NCBI GenBank assembly: GCA_036381515.1 | Contig: DASVCR010000074.1 | Span: forward strand, 6,629 to 70,628 | DNA length: 64,000 bases | Reading direction: 5' to 3' | From: Gammaproteobacteria bacterium | GTDB lineage: Bacteria > Pseudomonadota > Gammaproteobacteria > Steroidobacterales > Rariloculaceae | Shown here: positions 45,946-54,324 of the stretch, one piece after another | Layout: each line of letters opens with the position of its first letter | Numbering within the stretch: position 1 is the first letter of the stretch | Position numbers and translations under genes: made by a program | Notes under the pieces: generated by a model | What the model was told of the DNA's origin: nothing | What the model saw: only the letters and a program-made list of their open reading frames with translations | Database searches by the model: none

Positions 45946-46929
45946 ATGGATCAATACACCGGGCTTGCAGTAGCCGGTGCACTCGTAGTTCTCGTCGTCA
46001 TCGTGATCGCGAAGACGGCGGTCGTCGTGCCCCAGCAAAACGCCTACATCGTCGAGATGCTCGGCAAGTACAGCCGCACTTTGCAGGCCGGCTTTCACAT
46101 CCTGATTCCGTTCGTCGAGCGCGTCGCGTACAAGCACACGTTGAAGGAGCAGGCAATCGACATTGCCGAGCAGGTGTGCATCACGAAAGACAACGTCCAG
46201 GTGGGCATCGACGGCGTGCTCTACCTCCGAGTCCTCGATCCCGCGCGCGCGTCCTACGGGATCTCGGATTACGTCTTCGCGATCTCGCAGCTCGCGCAGA
46301 CGACGCTGCGAAGCGAGATCGGCAAGATCGACCTCGATCGCACGTTCGAGGAGCGTGCGTCGATCAACGCGAACGTCGTCACCGAGCTCGACAAGGCTTC
46401 CGAGCCGTGGGGCGTCAAGGTGCTGCGCTACGAGATCAGAAACATCAATCCGCCCGCGGACGTGCTCCAGGCGATGGAGAAGCAGATGCGTGCGGAGCGG
46501 GAGAAGCGCGCGTTGATCCTGACGTCAGAGGGCGAGCGCGACGCGAAGATCAACCAGGCCGAGGGCGAGAAGCAGCGGATCATCAAGGCGTCGGAGGCCG
46601 CGCGCGAGCAGCAGATCAACGAGGCGGCCGGCGAGGCCGAGGCGATCCTCGCCGTCGCGAAGGCCACGGCCGAGGGCTTGAGGCTCATCGCCGAAGCCGT
46701 GAGCGGCGAAGGCGGGCTCGAGGCGATGCAGCTGCGCGTCGCCGAGGACTACGTGCGGCAGTTCGGCCACCTCGCGAAGAGCGCGAACACGCTCGTCGTG
46801 CCCGCGAATCTGAGCGACGTCGCCGGCATGATTGCGCTCGCGACCCGCATCTTCGGCGACGGCAAGGCGCCCGGGCCCGAGCGCTCGCCGGCCGTGACGG
46901 TGCCGAAGTCGACGGGCGTCTCGGGCTAG
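45946..46929 (+). CDS. SPFH/Band-7 (stomatin/paraslipin-like) protein
   Basis: RBS GGAGGAGA. VVPQQNAYIVEMLGKYSRTLQAGFHILIPFVERV...LRSEIGKIDLDRTFEER. Confidence 0.92.
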   Translation: MDQYTGLAVAGALVVLVVIVIAKTAVVVPQQNAYIVEMLGKYSRTLQAGFHILIPFVERVAYKHTLKEQAIDIAEQVCITKDNVQVGIDGVLYLRVLDPARASYGISDYVFAISQLAQTTLRSEIGKIDLDRTFEERASINANVVTELDKASEPWGVKVLRYEIRNINPPADVLQAMEKQMRAEREKRALILTSEGERDAKINQAEGEKQRIIKASEAAREQQINEAAGEAEAILAVAKATAEGLRLIAEAVSGEGGLEAMQLRVAEDYVRQFGHLAKSANTLVVPANLSDVAGMIALATRIFGDGKAPGPERSPAVTVPKSTGVSG

Positions 46930-46957
46930 CAACCGGGCAGCGCGGCGACCAGCGGGC

Positions 46958-47458
46958 TCAGCCCCCGAGGTAGTCGCGCTTGCCGATCTGTACGCCGTTG
47001 TGGCGGAGGATCAGGTAAGCCGTCGTATAGTGGAAATAGAAGTTCGGCACGACGTGCGTCAGCAGGTAGTCCTTGCCTTTGAAGGTCAGCGTCCCGTTCG
47101 GATACTTGAGCTCGATGTCGCGCGTCTCCCAGCCGTCGAAGTCCTCCCGTCGGAACGACTGCAGGTGATCGCGCGTCCGCGCGATGCGTCGGTGCAGGTC
47201 CGCGGAGGTCTGCTCGTCGTCGGCCCACTTCGGCGGCTCCTGTCCCGCAAGCCGGCTCGCGCAGCCCTTCGCCTGATCGGACATGATCTGGATCTGCTTC
47301 ACGAACGGCAGCATGTCGGGCGCGAGGCGCCCGTGCAGGAACACCTGCAGGTCGATCTTCCTCGCCTCCGCGTCCGCCTCCGCCTTCGTGAGGATCTTGT
47401 CGAGACTCCCGAGCATCGCGGAGAACGTGATGAATTGATCGTAGACGTCGATGGTCAT
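46958..47458 (-). CDS. DUF1993 domain-containing protein
   Basis: 166 aa. MTIDVYDQFITFSAMLGSLDKILTKAEADAEARKID...LAPDMLPFVKQIQI is typical of DUF1993. Confidence 0.85.
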   Translation of the reverse strand: MTIDVYDQFITFSAMLGSLDKILTKAEADAEARKIDLQVFLHGRLAPDMLPFVKQIQIMSDQAKGCASRLAGQEPPKWADDEQTSADLHRRIARTRDHLQSFRREDFDGWETRDIELKYPNGTLTFKGKDYLLTHVVPNFYFHYTTAYLILRHNGVQIGKRDYLGG

Positions 47459-47653
47459 ACGGACTCCTTACCGTGTGGACACCGCCGGCGTCCCCTCGCC
47501 GGCTGCCGCGCTATCATAGTCGCGCGCCCGACGCGCACATAGCTCGACGCCGTCGACCCGTCCCGGGCATCGCGAAGGCGGGAACCATCCTCGCGCCCAT
47601 CCGCTGGCGCGAAACTTGGATGCGCGCTCTCTAGGCACTCCGGTGAGCGCAGC

Positions 47654-49375
47654 ATGGCGAAGTCCGACCCCACGCCGCCGGCTCCCGTGTCGTGTCGGCC
47701 GTCTTTCCTGATCGGCGACGGGGAAATGGCGCGGCGCATACGCGAGCACAGCTGGTCCGCGACCACGCTCGGCCCGATCGAGCAATGGCCTGCGGCGCTG
47801 CGGGAGGCACTGGGCATTTGCCTGCAGTCGAGCTTCCCGACCGCGATCTACTGGGGGCCGGAGCTGCTTCTGCTCTACAACGATGCGTGGGCGCCGATCG
47901 CCGGCGACAAGCACCCGCAGGCGCTCGGACGCCCCGCCGCCGAGGTGTGGTCGGACATCTGGCACGTGATCGAGCCGCAGTTGCGCGAGGTGCTGCAGAA
48001 CGGCCGCGGCATATCGCTCTACGATCGGATGCTGCCGATGCAGCGAGGCGGCCGCATCGGCGAGACGTACTGGGACTACAGCTTCACGCCGATCCTCGAC
48101 GACGAAGGCAGGGTTGCCGGCGTTTTCAACCAGGGCCACGAGACCACGGACAGAGTCTTCGCGGCGCGCCGCCGCCAGGCCGAGGTGGATCGGCTGCGCG
48201 AGCTGTTCGAGCAGGCGCCTTCCGGCGTCGCCGTGCTGCGGGGACCGACCCACGTCTTCGAGATGGCGAATCCCGCCTACATGCACCTCGTCGGCAATCG
48301 TCAGATTCTCGGCAAAGCCGCCGCGGAGGCGCTGCCGGAGGTGGTCGACCAGGGCTTCATCGCCGTGCTGGACGAGGTTTTTCGCACCGGCAAGACACGC
48401 GCCGGGCACTCGATCAGCCTGATGTTGCAGCGCACGCCCGGCGTTCCCGTCGAGGAACGCGTGCTTGATTACGTGTACCAGCCGATCAAGAGCGCCGCCG
48501 GAAACGTGACCGGAATCCTAATCGGCGCGACGGACGTGACGGAGCGGGCGCGCACCGAAGCCGCGCTCCGCCGCAGCGAGGCGGCGCTGAAGGAGGCCGA
48601 TCGGCGCAAGAACGAGTTCCTTGCGACGCTCGCGCACGAGCTTCGCAACCCGCTCGCGCCGCTGCTGAACGCCGCGCGCCTGATCCAGCTTGCCGGCGAA
48701 GCCGACTCGCGGCTGCGCAAGGCGGCGGACATCGTCGTGCGTCAGGTCCAGACGATGGCCCGCCTCGTCGACGATCTCATCGACGTCTCCCGCATCACGC
48801 GCGGCAGGATCGAGCTCCGCGTGCAGCCCGTCGAGCTCGAGACGATCATCGCGAACGCCGTGGAGGCCGCCCGGCCTCTGATCGCCGAGAAGCGGCACGA
48901 GCTCGAGGTACGCCTCCCGGACCACCCCATCGTGATCGACGGCGACCCGGTGCGGTTGTCGCAGGCGCTGCTCAACGTCGTGAACAACGCCGCGCGCTAC
49001 ACGCCGCCCGGAGGGGCCATCGGGATTCGTGCGGCGCGCGACGGCGACCGCGTGACGATCAGCGTGACCGACAATGGCATCGGCATCGCGCCCGAAGCAT
49101 TGGACGATATCTTCGACCTCTTCACGCAACGCCATGCCGCGTCGGAGGAGCGCGCGCACGGGCTCGGCATCGGCCTCAATCTCGCGCGCGGATTCGTCGC
49201 GCTGCACGGCGGCGAGCTGACCGCGCGCAGCGAGGGCCCGGGACGGGGCAGCGAGTTCGTGCTGACCCTGCCGGCCCGGCCGGATGAGCCGCTGGGCTCC
49301 GACAGGCCGCGCGGCGGATCGCATCGCGGCGAGACGCCCGCATCGCCGCTCCATCCCGGCCGTCGCCTGCTGTGA
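47654..49375 (+). CDS. PAS-PAS sensor histidine kinase (no cognate response regulator adjacent)
   Basis: HisKA H-box NEFLATLAHELRNPL. HATPase N/G boxes LLNVVNNAARYT and DNGIGI. Two PAS-like regions lie upstream. Confidence 0.92.
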   Translation: MAKSDPTPPAPVSCRPSFLIGDGEMARRIREHSWSATTLGPIEQWPAALREALGICLQSSFPTAIYWGPELLLLYNDAWAPIAGDKHPQALGRPAAEVWSDIWHVIEPQLREVLQNGRGISLYDRMLPMQRGGRIGETYWDYSFTPILDDEGRVAGVFNQGHETTDRVFAARRRQAEVDRLRELFEQAPSGVAVLRGPTHVFEMANPAYMHLVGNRQILGKAAAEALPEVVDQGFIAVLDEVFRTGKTRAGHSISLMLQRTPGVPVEERVLDYVYQPIKSAAGNVTGILIGATDVTERARTEAALRRSEAALKEADRRKNEFLATLAHELRNPLAPLLNAARLIQLAGEADSRLRKAADIVVRQVQTMARLVDDLIDVSRITRGRIELRVQPVELETIIANAVEAARPLIAEKRHELEVRLPDHPIVIDGDPVRLSQALLNVVNNAARYTPPGGAIGIRAARDGDRVTISVTDNGIGIAPEALDDIFDLFTQRHAASEERAHGLGIGLNLARGFVALHGGELTARSEGPGRGSEFVLTLPARPDEPLGSDRPRGGSHRGETPASPLHPGRRLL

Positions 49376-49385
49376 CGGCTCCGAC

Positions 49386-51101
49386 ATGCGTGCGCTTCCG
49401 TCGCGGTCGTGGTTTTCGCGACGGCTCGAGCCGAGCCGCGCACACGTCGATTGTCCGTTCCGGACGCCGCTGTCGTCCCCGGGGCTTCTCGTCGGCACGC
49501 TGTTCTTCGCGTTCTCGCTGACGCCGAGCCTGTTGCCGCGCTCCGCGCCGATGCAGGGCATCGTCTCCGGCCTCTCGTTCACCGCCGGCTACGCGCTCGC
49601 CGTCTTCGGCGTGGCGCTGTGGCATTACCTCGAGCTGCCGGTCCCCAAAGGACGCGTGCGGCGCATCGTGCACGGCGTCGCGTGGGCGGGTTGCGTCGTA
49701 ACGGCCGCCGTCTTCCTGTGGAAGGCGTCGGATTGGCAGAACTCGATCCGTGCGCTGATGGAGATGCCGCCGGCCGAAGGCGCACGGCCCGTCACGGTCG
49801 GCATCGTGGCCGTCGCGCTTGCCGCCGTCGTGCTGATCGTCGCGCGGCTCTTCCGGCTGACGTACCGCATCGCGGCCCGCTTCCCCGCCCGCTACGTGCC
49901 GCCGCGGGTGTCGACGCTCCTGGGTATCATCGTCGCCGCCGCTGCCTTCTGGTCCGTCATCGACGGCGTGCTGTTTCGCTGGCTGCTCCGCGCGGTGGAC
50001 GGCTCCTTCCAGCAGCTCGACGCGATGATCGATGCGGACGCGGCGCCGCCCGCCGATCCGCTGCGAAGCGGCGCAGCGGCGTCGCTGCTCGACTGGCAGG
50101 ATCTCGGCCGGCAGGGGCGCGCGTTCGTGTCGTCGGGCCCGACGCGCGATGACCTGCGCGACTTCTTCGGCGACGATGTAGAGACGCCGATCCGGGTGTA
50201 CGTCGGCCTCAACTCGGCCGAGACCGTCGAGGAGCGCTCGCGGCTCGCGCTCGCCGAGCTCGAGCGTACCGGCGGATTCGAGCGCTCGGTGCTCCTCGTG
50301 GTCACGCCGACCGGCACCGGCTGGGTCGATCCGGACGCGATCGACACGATCGAATACGTGCATCGCGGCGACATCGCGAGCGTCGCCGTGCAGTACTCGT
50401 ACCTCGAGAGCGCGTTGTCGCTGCTGATCGAGCCCGAGCACGGCGAGGAGACGGCGCAGCGGCTTTTCGCGGACGTGTACGGCTACTGGACGAAGCTGCC
50501 CCGCGATCGCCGGCCGGCCCTCTACCTCTACGGGCTCAGCCTCGGGGCGCTGCACTCGGATCACTCGTTCGAGATCTACGACGTCATCGGAGACGTGTTC
50601 AACGGCGTGCTGTGGAGCGGCCCGCCGTACCGCAGCGAAACGTGGCGCTCCGCGACCGAGCGGCGCGTGCCGGTCTCGCCGGCATGGCTGCCGCGCTTCC
50701 GCGACAGCACGGTCATCCGCTTCACGGACCAGCACGATCGCCTCGACATGCCGGGCGTGCCGTGGGGGCCGCTGCGTATCGCGTTCCTGCAATACGCGAC
50801 GGATCCGATCACGTTCTTCGATCCGAGCATCGCGTATCGCTCGCCGGAGTGGCTCGATCCGCCCCGCGGGCCGGACGTGACGCCTGCGCTGCGCTGGATC
50901 CCGATCGTCACGATGCTGCAGCTCCTCGCCGACATGAGGGCGGGCGACATCACGCCGCCAGGCCATGGCCACAACTACGCGCCGGAGCATTACATCGACG
51001 CGTGGGTCGCGTTGACCGATCCGCCGCGTTGGAGCGACGAGGAGACGCGCCGGTTGAAGGCGCTCTTCGCGGGCCGCGACCCGAAAGACGCGCTCGACTA
51101 G
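49386..51101 (+). CDS. Membrane-anchored alpha/beta-hydrolase family protein (Abhydrolase_9-like)
   Basis: ORF 49284..51101, ATG at 49386. The N-terminal TM region (LLVGTLFFAFSLTPSLLPRS) is followed by a hydrolase-like domain (YLYGLSLGA). Confidence 0.8.
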   Translation: MRALPSRSWFSRRLEPSRAHVDCPFRTPLSSPGLLVGTLFFAFSLTPSLLPRSAPMQGIVSGLSFTAGYALAVFGVALWHYLELPVPKGRVRRIVHGVAWAGCVVTAAVFLWKASDWQNSIRALMEMPPAEGARPVTVGIVAVALAAVVLIVARLFRLTYRIAARFPARYVPPRVSTLLGIIVAAAAFWSVIDGVLFRWLLRAVDGSFQQLDAMIDADAAPPADPLRSGAAASLLDWQDLGRQGRAFVSSGPTRDDLRDFFGDDVETPIRVYVGLNSAETVEERSRLALAELERTGGFERSVLLVVTPTGTGWVDPDAIDTIEYVHRGDIASVAVQYSYLESALSLLIEPEHGEETAQRLFADVYGYWTKLPRDRRPALYLYGLSLGALHSDHSFEIYDVIGDVFNGVLWSGPPYRSETWRSATERRVPVSPAWLPRFRDSTVIRFTDQHDRLDMPGVPWGPLRIAFLQYATDPITFFDPSIAYRSPEWLDPPRGPDVTPALRWIPIVTMLQLLADMRAGDITPPGHGHNYAPEHYIDAWVALTDPPRWSDEETRRLKALFAGRDPKDALD

Positions 51102-51105
51102 TCCC

Positions 51106-52704
51106 TCACTCCGCGCAGACGAAGTTCTCCGCGTCGTCGATGCTGCCGTCGCCGTCGTAGCGTGCGACCTGCGGGTACGGGCACAGCGGCCGCGATCGCG
51201 TGACGTTGCCGCCGACGACCTTCTTCGCGACGAGCGCGTCGGGCGCGGCGCCCGTCTCGACCCAGTCGATCACGGCGGTGACCGCGTCGTACTGGTCCGG
51301 GCCGACCCCGCCGGCGCAGTGCGCCATGCCCGGCACCATGAAGAGGCGCATGAAGTCGGTCGGGTTCGGGCCGTTCGCGGCCGACGCCTTCTCGTAGTAC
51401 TCGACGCCCATCAGCGGCTGCAGGATCGCGTCCGCCCAGCCGTACGTCATGATGAGCTTGCCGCCGCGCTCGCGGAACTCGGCGAGGTCCGTGTCGGTCG
51501 CGTTCGCCGTCTCGGCCCAGCGCTCGAACAGCTCGACGTCGCGATCGAAATCGAACGTGCGATAGTCGTAGTCTGGCTGCGGCGGATCGAGCACGAGGTA
51601 GCGGAACAGCGACTCGGCGAGGTTGAAGTCCGCCGGCTTGCCGCCGGGCTGGGGTGGCAGGATCAGGTTCGCCCAGCCGGTCTGCTGCGTGCCGCTCGGG
51701 CCCGGCACGAGCGCTTCGCTGCCGACCATGAACCCCGGGAAGAGCCGCTCGCCGCGGCTGTTCGTCGGGCCGTCGTAGACTTTCTGGATCGCTTCCGCCT
51801 GCTCGGGCGTCAGGCATGCGTCCGTGTCGGTGCCGGCGGGACACATAGGCACGTCGCGCGCGACCTCGAACGAGCAGTTGCGGGGATCGTCGATGAGGCC
51901 GTCCTTAAGCCCGTCGACGGCGTCGCACACCGCCATCACGCGCTCGGCGACGAGCGACATCTTCGCCGGCGTGATCGCGACGTCGTCGAGCGCCTGCTGA
52001 TTCCAGATCGCACCGATCGCGAACCCGGTCTGGTCGACCCAAGGCGCGTTCGCGACGATGCCGTCGAAGTCGGACGGATAGCGCTGCGCCTCGAGCAGCC
52101 CCTGCCGGCCGCCGTTCGAGCACGAGTTCCAATAGGAGTACGCGACGGGCTCCGTGTAGTAGCGGTTCGCGATCTCCTTCGCGGCGACCGCCGTCACGTG
52201 CACGGCGCGATACGCGTAGTCGATCGCCTTCTGCGGGTTGCTGAGCACGAAGGTGCCGCCCGGCTCCTTGGCGGCGTCGTGGCCGGTATTCGTGCTCGCG
52301 ATCGCGAAGCCGTGCTCGAGCGCCGTGGCGCGCTCCTGCGCGCTGCGAGGATCGTCGGGTCCCTGGCCGGCGAGACCGCCGTTGCCGATCATGTAGAAGC
52401 GGCCGTTCCACATGGCGGGCAGGTTCACCTCGAACGCGACCTCGGGCTCGATCACGCCGTTCACTCGGCAGTGCGCAGGGACCGTTCCCTCCGCGGCGAT
52501 CTCCCGCGCGGTGATCTCGACGAGCTCGGGCAGCTCGACGTCGGCGAGCCGCGCGCACTCGGTCTTCGGCGCGATCGAGCCGCCCGAGTAGCCCGCGCGA
52601 GAGCGGGCCGCATCGGCGAACGGCTGGGCATGGAGCGGGGCCGCTGCGCCCGCGAGGACGCCCGTCGCGGCGACGAGCGCGAACGAAACCGGCGTGCTGC
52701 GCAT
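51106..52704 (-). CDS. Secreted tannase/feruloyl-esterase family hydrolase
   Basis: This is the C-terminal part of track ORF 51106..53244(-). ATG 52704 gives MRSTPVSFALVAATGVLAGAAAPLHA. NGRFYMIGNGGLAGQ and SYWNSCSNGGRQG are tannase-family signatures. Confidence 0.88.
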   Translation of the reverse strand: MRSTPVSFALVAATGVLAGAAAPLHAQPFADAARSRAGYSGGSIAPKTECARLADVELPELVEITAREIAAEGTVPAHCRVNGVIEPEVAFEVNLPAMWNGRFYMIGNGGLAGQGPDDPRSAQERATALEHGFAIASTNTGHDAAKEPGGTFVLSNPQKAIDYAYRAVHVTAVAAKEIANRYYTEPVAYSYWNSCSNGGRQGLLEAQRYPSDFDGIVANAPWVDQTGFAIGAIWNQQALDDVAITPAKMSLVAERVMAVCDAVDGLKDGLIDDPRNCSFEVARDVPMCPAGTDTDACLTPEQAEAIQKVYDGPTNSRGERLFPGFMVGSEALVPGPSGTQQTGWANLILPPQPGGKPADFNLAESLFRYLVLDPPQPDYDYRTFDFDRDVELFERWAETANATDTDLAEFRERGGKLIMTYGWADAILQPLMGVEYYEKASAANGPNPTDFMRLFMVPGMAHCAGGVGPDQYDAVTAVIDWVETGAAPDALVAKKVVGGNVTRSRPLCPYPQVARYDGDGSIDDAENFVCAE

Positions 52705-52830
52705 GGTGACGATCTCCCTGAATCCGGTAGGGTTCAGCATACACGTTTTTTCGGCGGTGCCGAGCGGAGGGCGGGGGCGGCGGCCGCGGGTTAGAATCCT
52801 GGATTCGTAGCTACAGCGACCCGCAGCGTC

Positions 52831-53394
52831 ATGACCGTCGTTTCCGAGAAAGCCATCGGGGATCATCTCGACTTCGTCGTCGCGCAGCCCGACCACGAGC
52901 AGGCCGTCGTGCGCGACCTCGTCTTCGCCGTGATGGCGTTCAATCAGTACACGCGCGGCGAGCCGCTGCAGGTCAGCTTCCCGCTTTACACGGAAGCGAA
53001 AGTCGCGAGCCGGGGGGCTCTCGGACCGTGCGTGCGGATCACGGGACCCGCGGAGAAGCTCTACGTGCTCACGTTGCGCTACGAGATCGCGGAGCACCTG
53101 CGGGCGGGCCGCGTGATGACGCTCATCCGCGACCGCGTCGTCGTCGAGGCTGGCCGCAACGAGCGCTTCTCGCTGATCCATGGCGCGCCGAAGATCGCGC
53201 TCGCGCAGCCGGCGCGTGCGCGGCCGCTCGTCCTCACCGGGCATTCGCGGCTCATCGAGACGGCAGCCGCGTTGGGCGTCGCCGTGAAGGACGAGGCGGC
53301 GTTCGTCGAGCGCGAGGAGAGCCCCGTCGCGACGGACGGCGAAGTGGATCTGCTCGGCTTCTCGGATCGGAAGACGCTGCCGGTTCTGAAATAG
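52831..53394 (+). CDS. Hypothetical protein (no recognisable domain)
   Basis: 187-aa ORF with good GC3 bias. It is on the same strand as, and 198 bp upstream of, the 53593-58399 operon. Confidence 0.6.
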   Translation: MTVVSEKAIGDHLDFVVAQPDHEQAVVRDLVFAVMAFNQYTRGEPLQVSFPLYTEAKVASRGALGPCVRITGPAEKLYVLTLRYEIAEHLRAGRVMTLIRDRVVVEAGRNERFSLIHGAPKIALAQPARARPLVLTGHSRLIETAAALGVAVKDEAAFVEREESPVATDGEVDLLGFSDRKTLPVLK

Positions 53395-53592
53395 CCCGCG
53401 GCGACGTTTCGTCTCCGCACGCGTCCTGCCCGGATGACGATGGCGCTGCGATCACTGCGCTCGGGACGCAGGAGGGGCGAGTGCCCCTCGTGGCGCGGGA
53501 GCAGCTGTTCGCCGGCCGAACTTTGAACTCGGTCCCCGACGCGCCCCCGGTGGGTGCTCTAACCTCCGCCTCTTCCACAGCGCGAGGTTGCA

Positions 53593-54324
53593 ATGAGCCG
53601 ACCGGTCCCTACACGGCACGAGCCGGCGGAGCGGTTCGCCGACGACCTGCTTCGCCGATTGGACGCGGCAGGCGAGCGAGGCCTGACGTCCGCGGAGCTC
53701 AAGCTGCCTAGCGCGGGCTCGCGGGCGGGCCGCGCGTGCCGCGGCGCGTTGCAGAGTCTGTTGAGGCGCGGCGAGATCGGTAATCTCGGCACCGCGAAGC
53801 GGCCCCGCTATGTTTCGATTGAGTATTACCGCCCGCTCGAGATCGCGTACGACCATATCGCGGCCCGGGCGCGCGAAGCCGGCACCAGGTTGTCGTCGAA
53901 GACCGCGCTCGCAAAGGGGCTCTCCGGCGCGGCAAAAGAGCGTGTCGACGAGGCATTGAAGCTCCTCGTCGCCGAGGGCGCGCTGCTGCGGCTCAAGTGG
54001 GGCGTGCATCCGCTCTACCTGCACGCATCAGCCGTATCCACGCGACCGAAAGGGCACACTGCTAACGGCATCGATGCCGCCGCGCTGCGCCGCGCGTACG
54101 ACGATACCGTCCGCGAGTTCGGGTATCCCGACGTGCTGATCCACGAGCTGCATTTGCGCCTCGGCGGCGAGCTCGAGCCGTTGAAACAGGCGCTGCTCGA
54201 TGCATGCCGGACAGGCGAGGCCATCCCCGGCGTCGGCGACTGGTCGTTGTCTTCGGAGAACGAGCGGGCCGCGGCGCTCTACGTCGACGGACGTCCGCAT
54301 TTGCGGATCCGTTTTAGGCGATGA
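53593..54324 (+). CDS. Hypothetical protein with two winged-helix-like segments
   Basis: 243 aa. LLRRLDAAGERGLTSAELKL...ALQSLLRRGEIGNLG and KERVDEALKLLVAEGALLRLKWG look like wHTH recognition units. Its stop overlaps the next start (ATGA at 54321-54324). Confidence 0.7.
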   Translation: MSRPVPTRHEPAERFADDLLRRLDAAGERGLTSAELKLPSAGSRAGRACRGALQSLLRRGEIGNLGTAKRPRYVSIEYYRPLEIAYDHIAARAREAGTRLSSKTALAKGLSGAAKERVDEALKLLVAEGALLRLKWGVHPLYLHASAVSTRPKGHTANGIDAAALRRAYDDTVREFGYPDVLIHELHLRLGGELEPLKQALLDACRTGEAIPGVGDWSLSSENERAAALYVDGRPHLRIRFRR

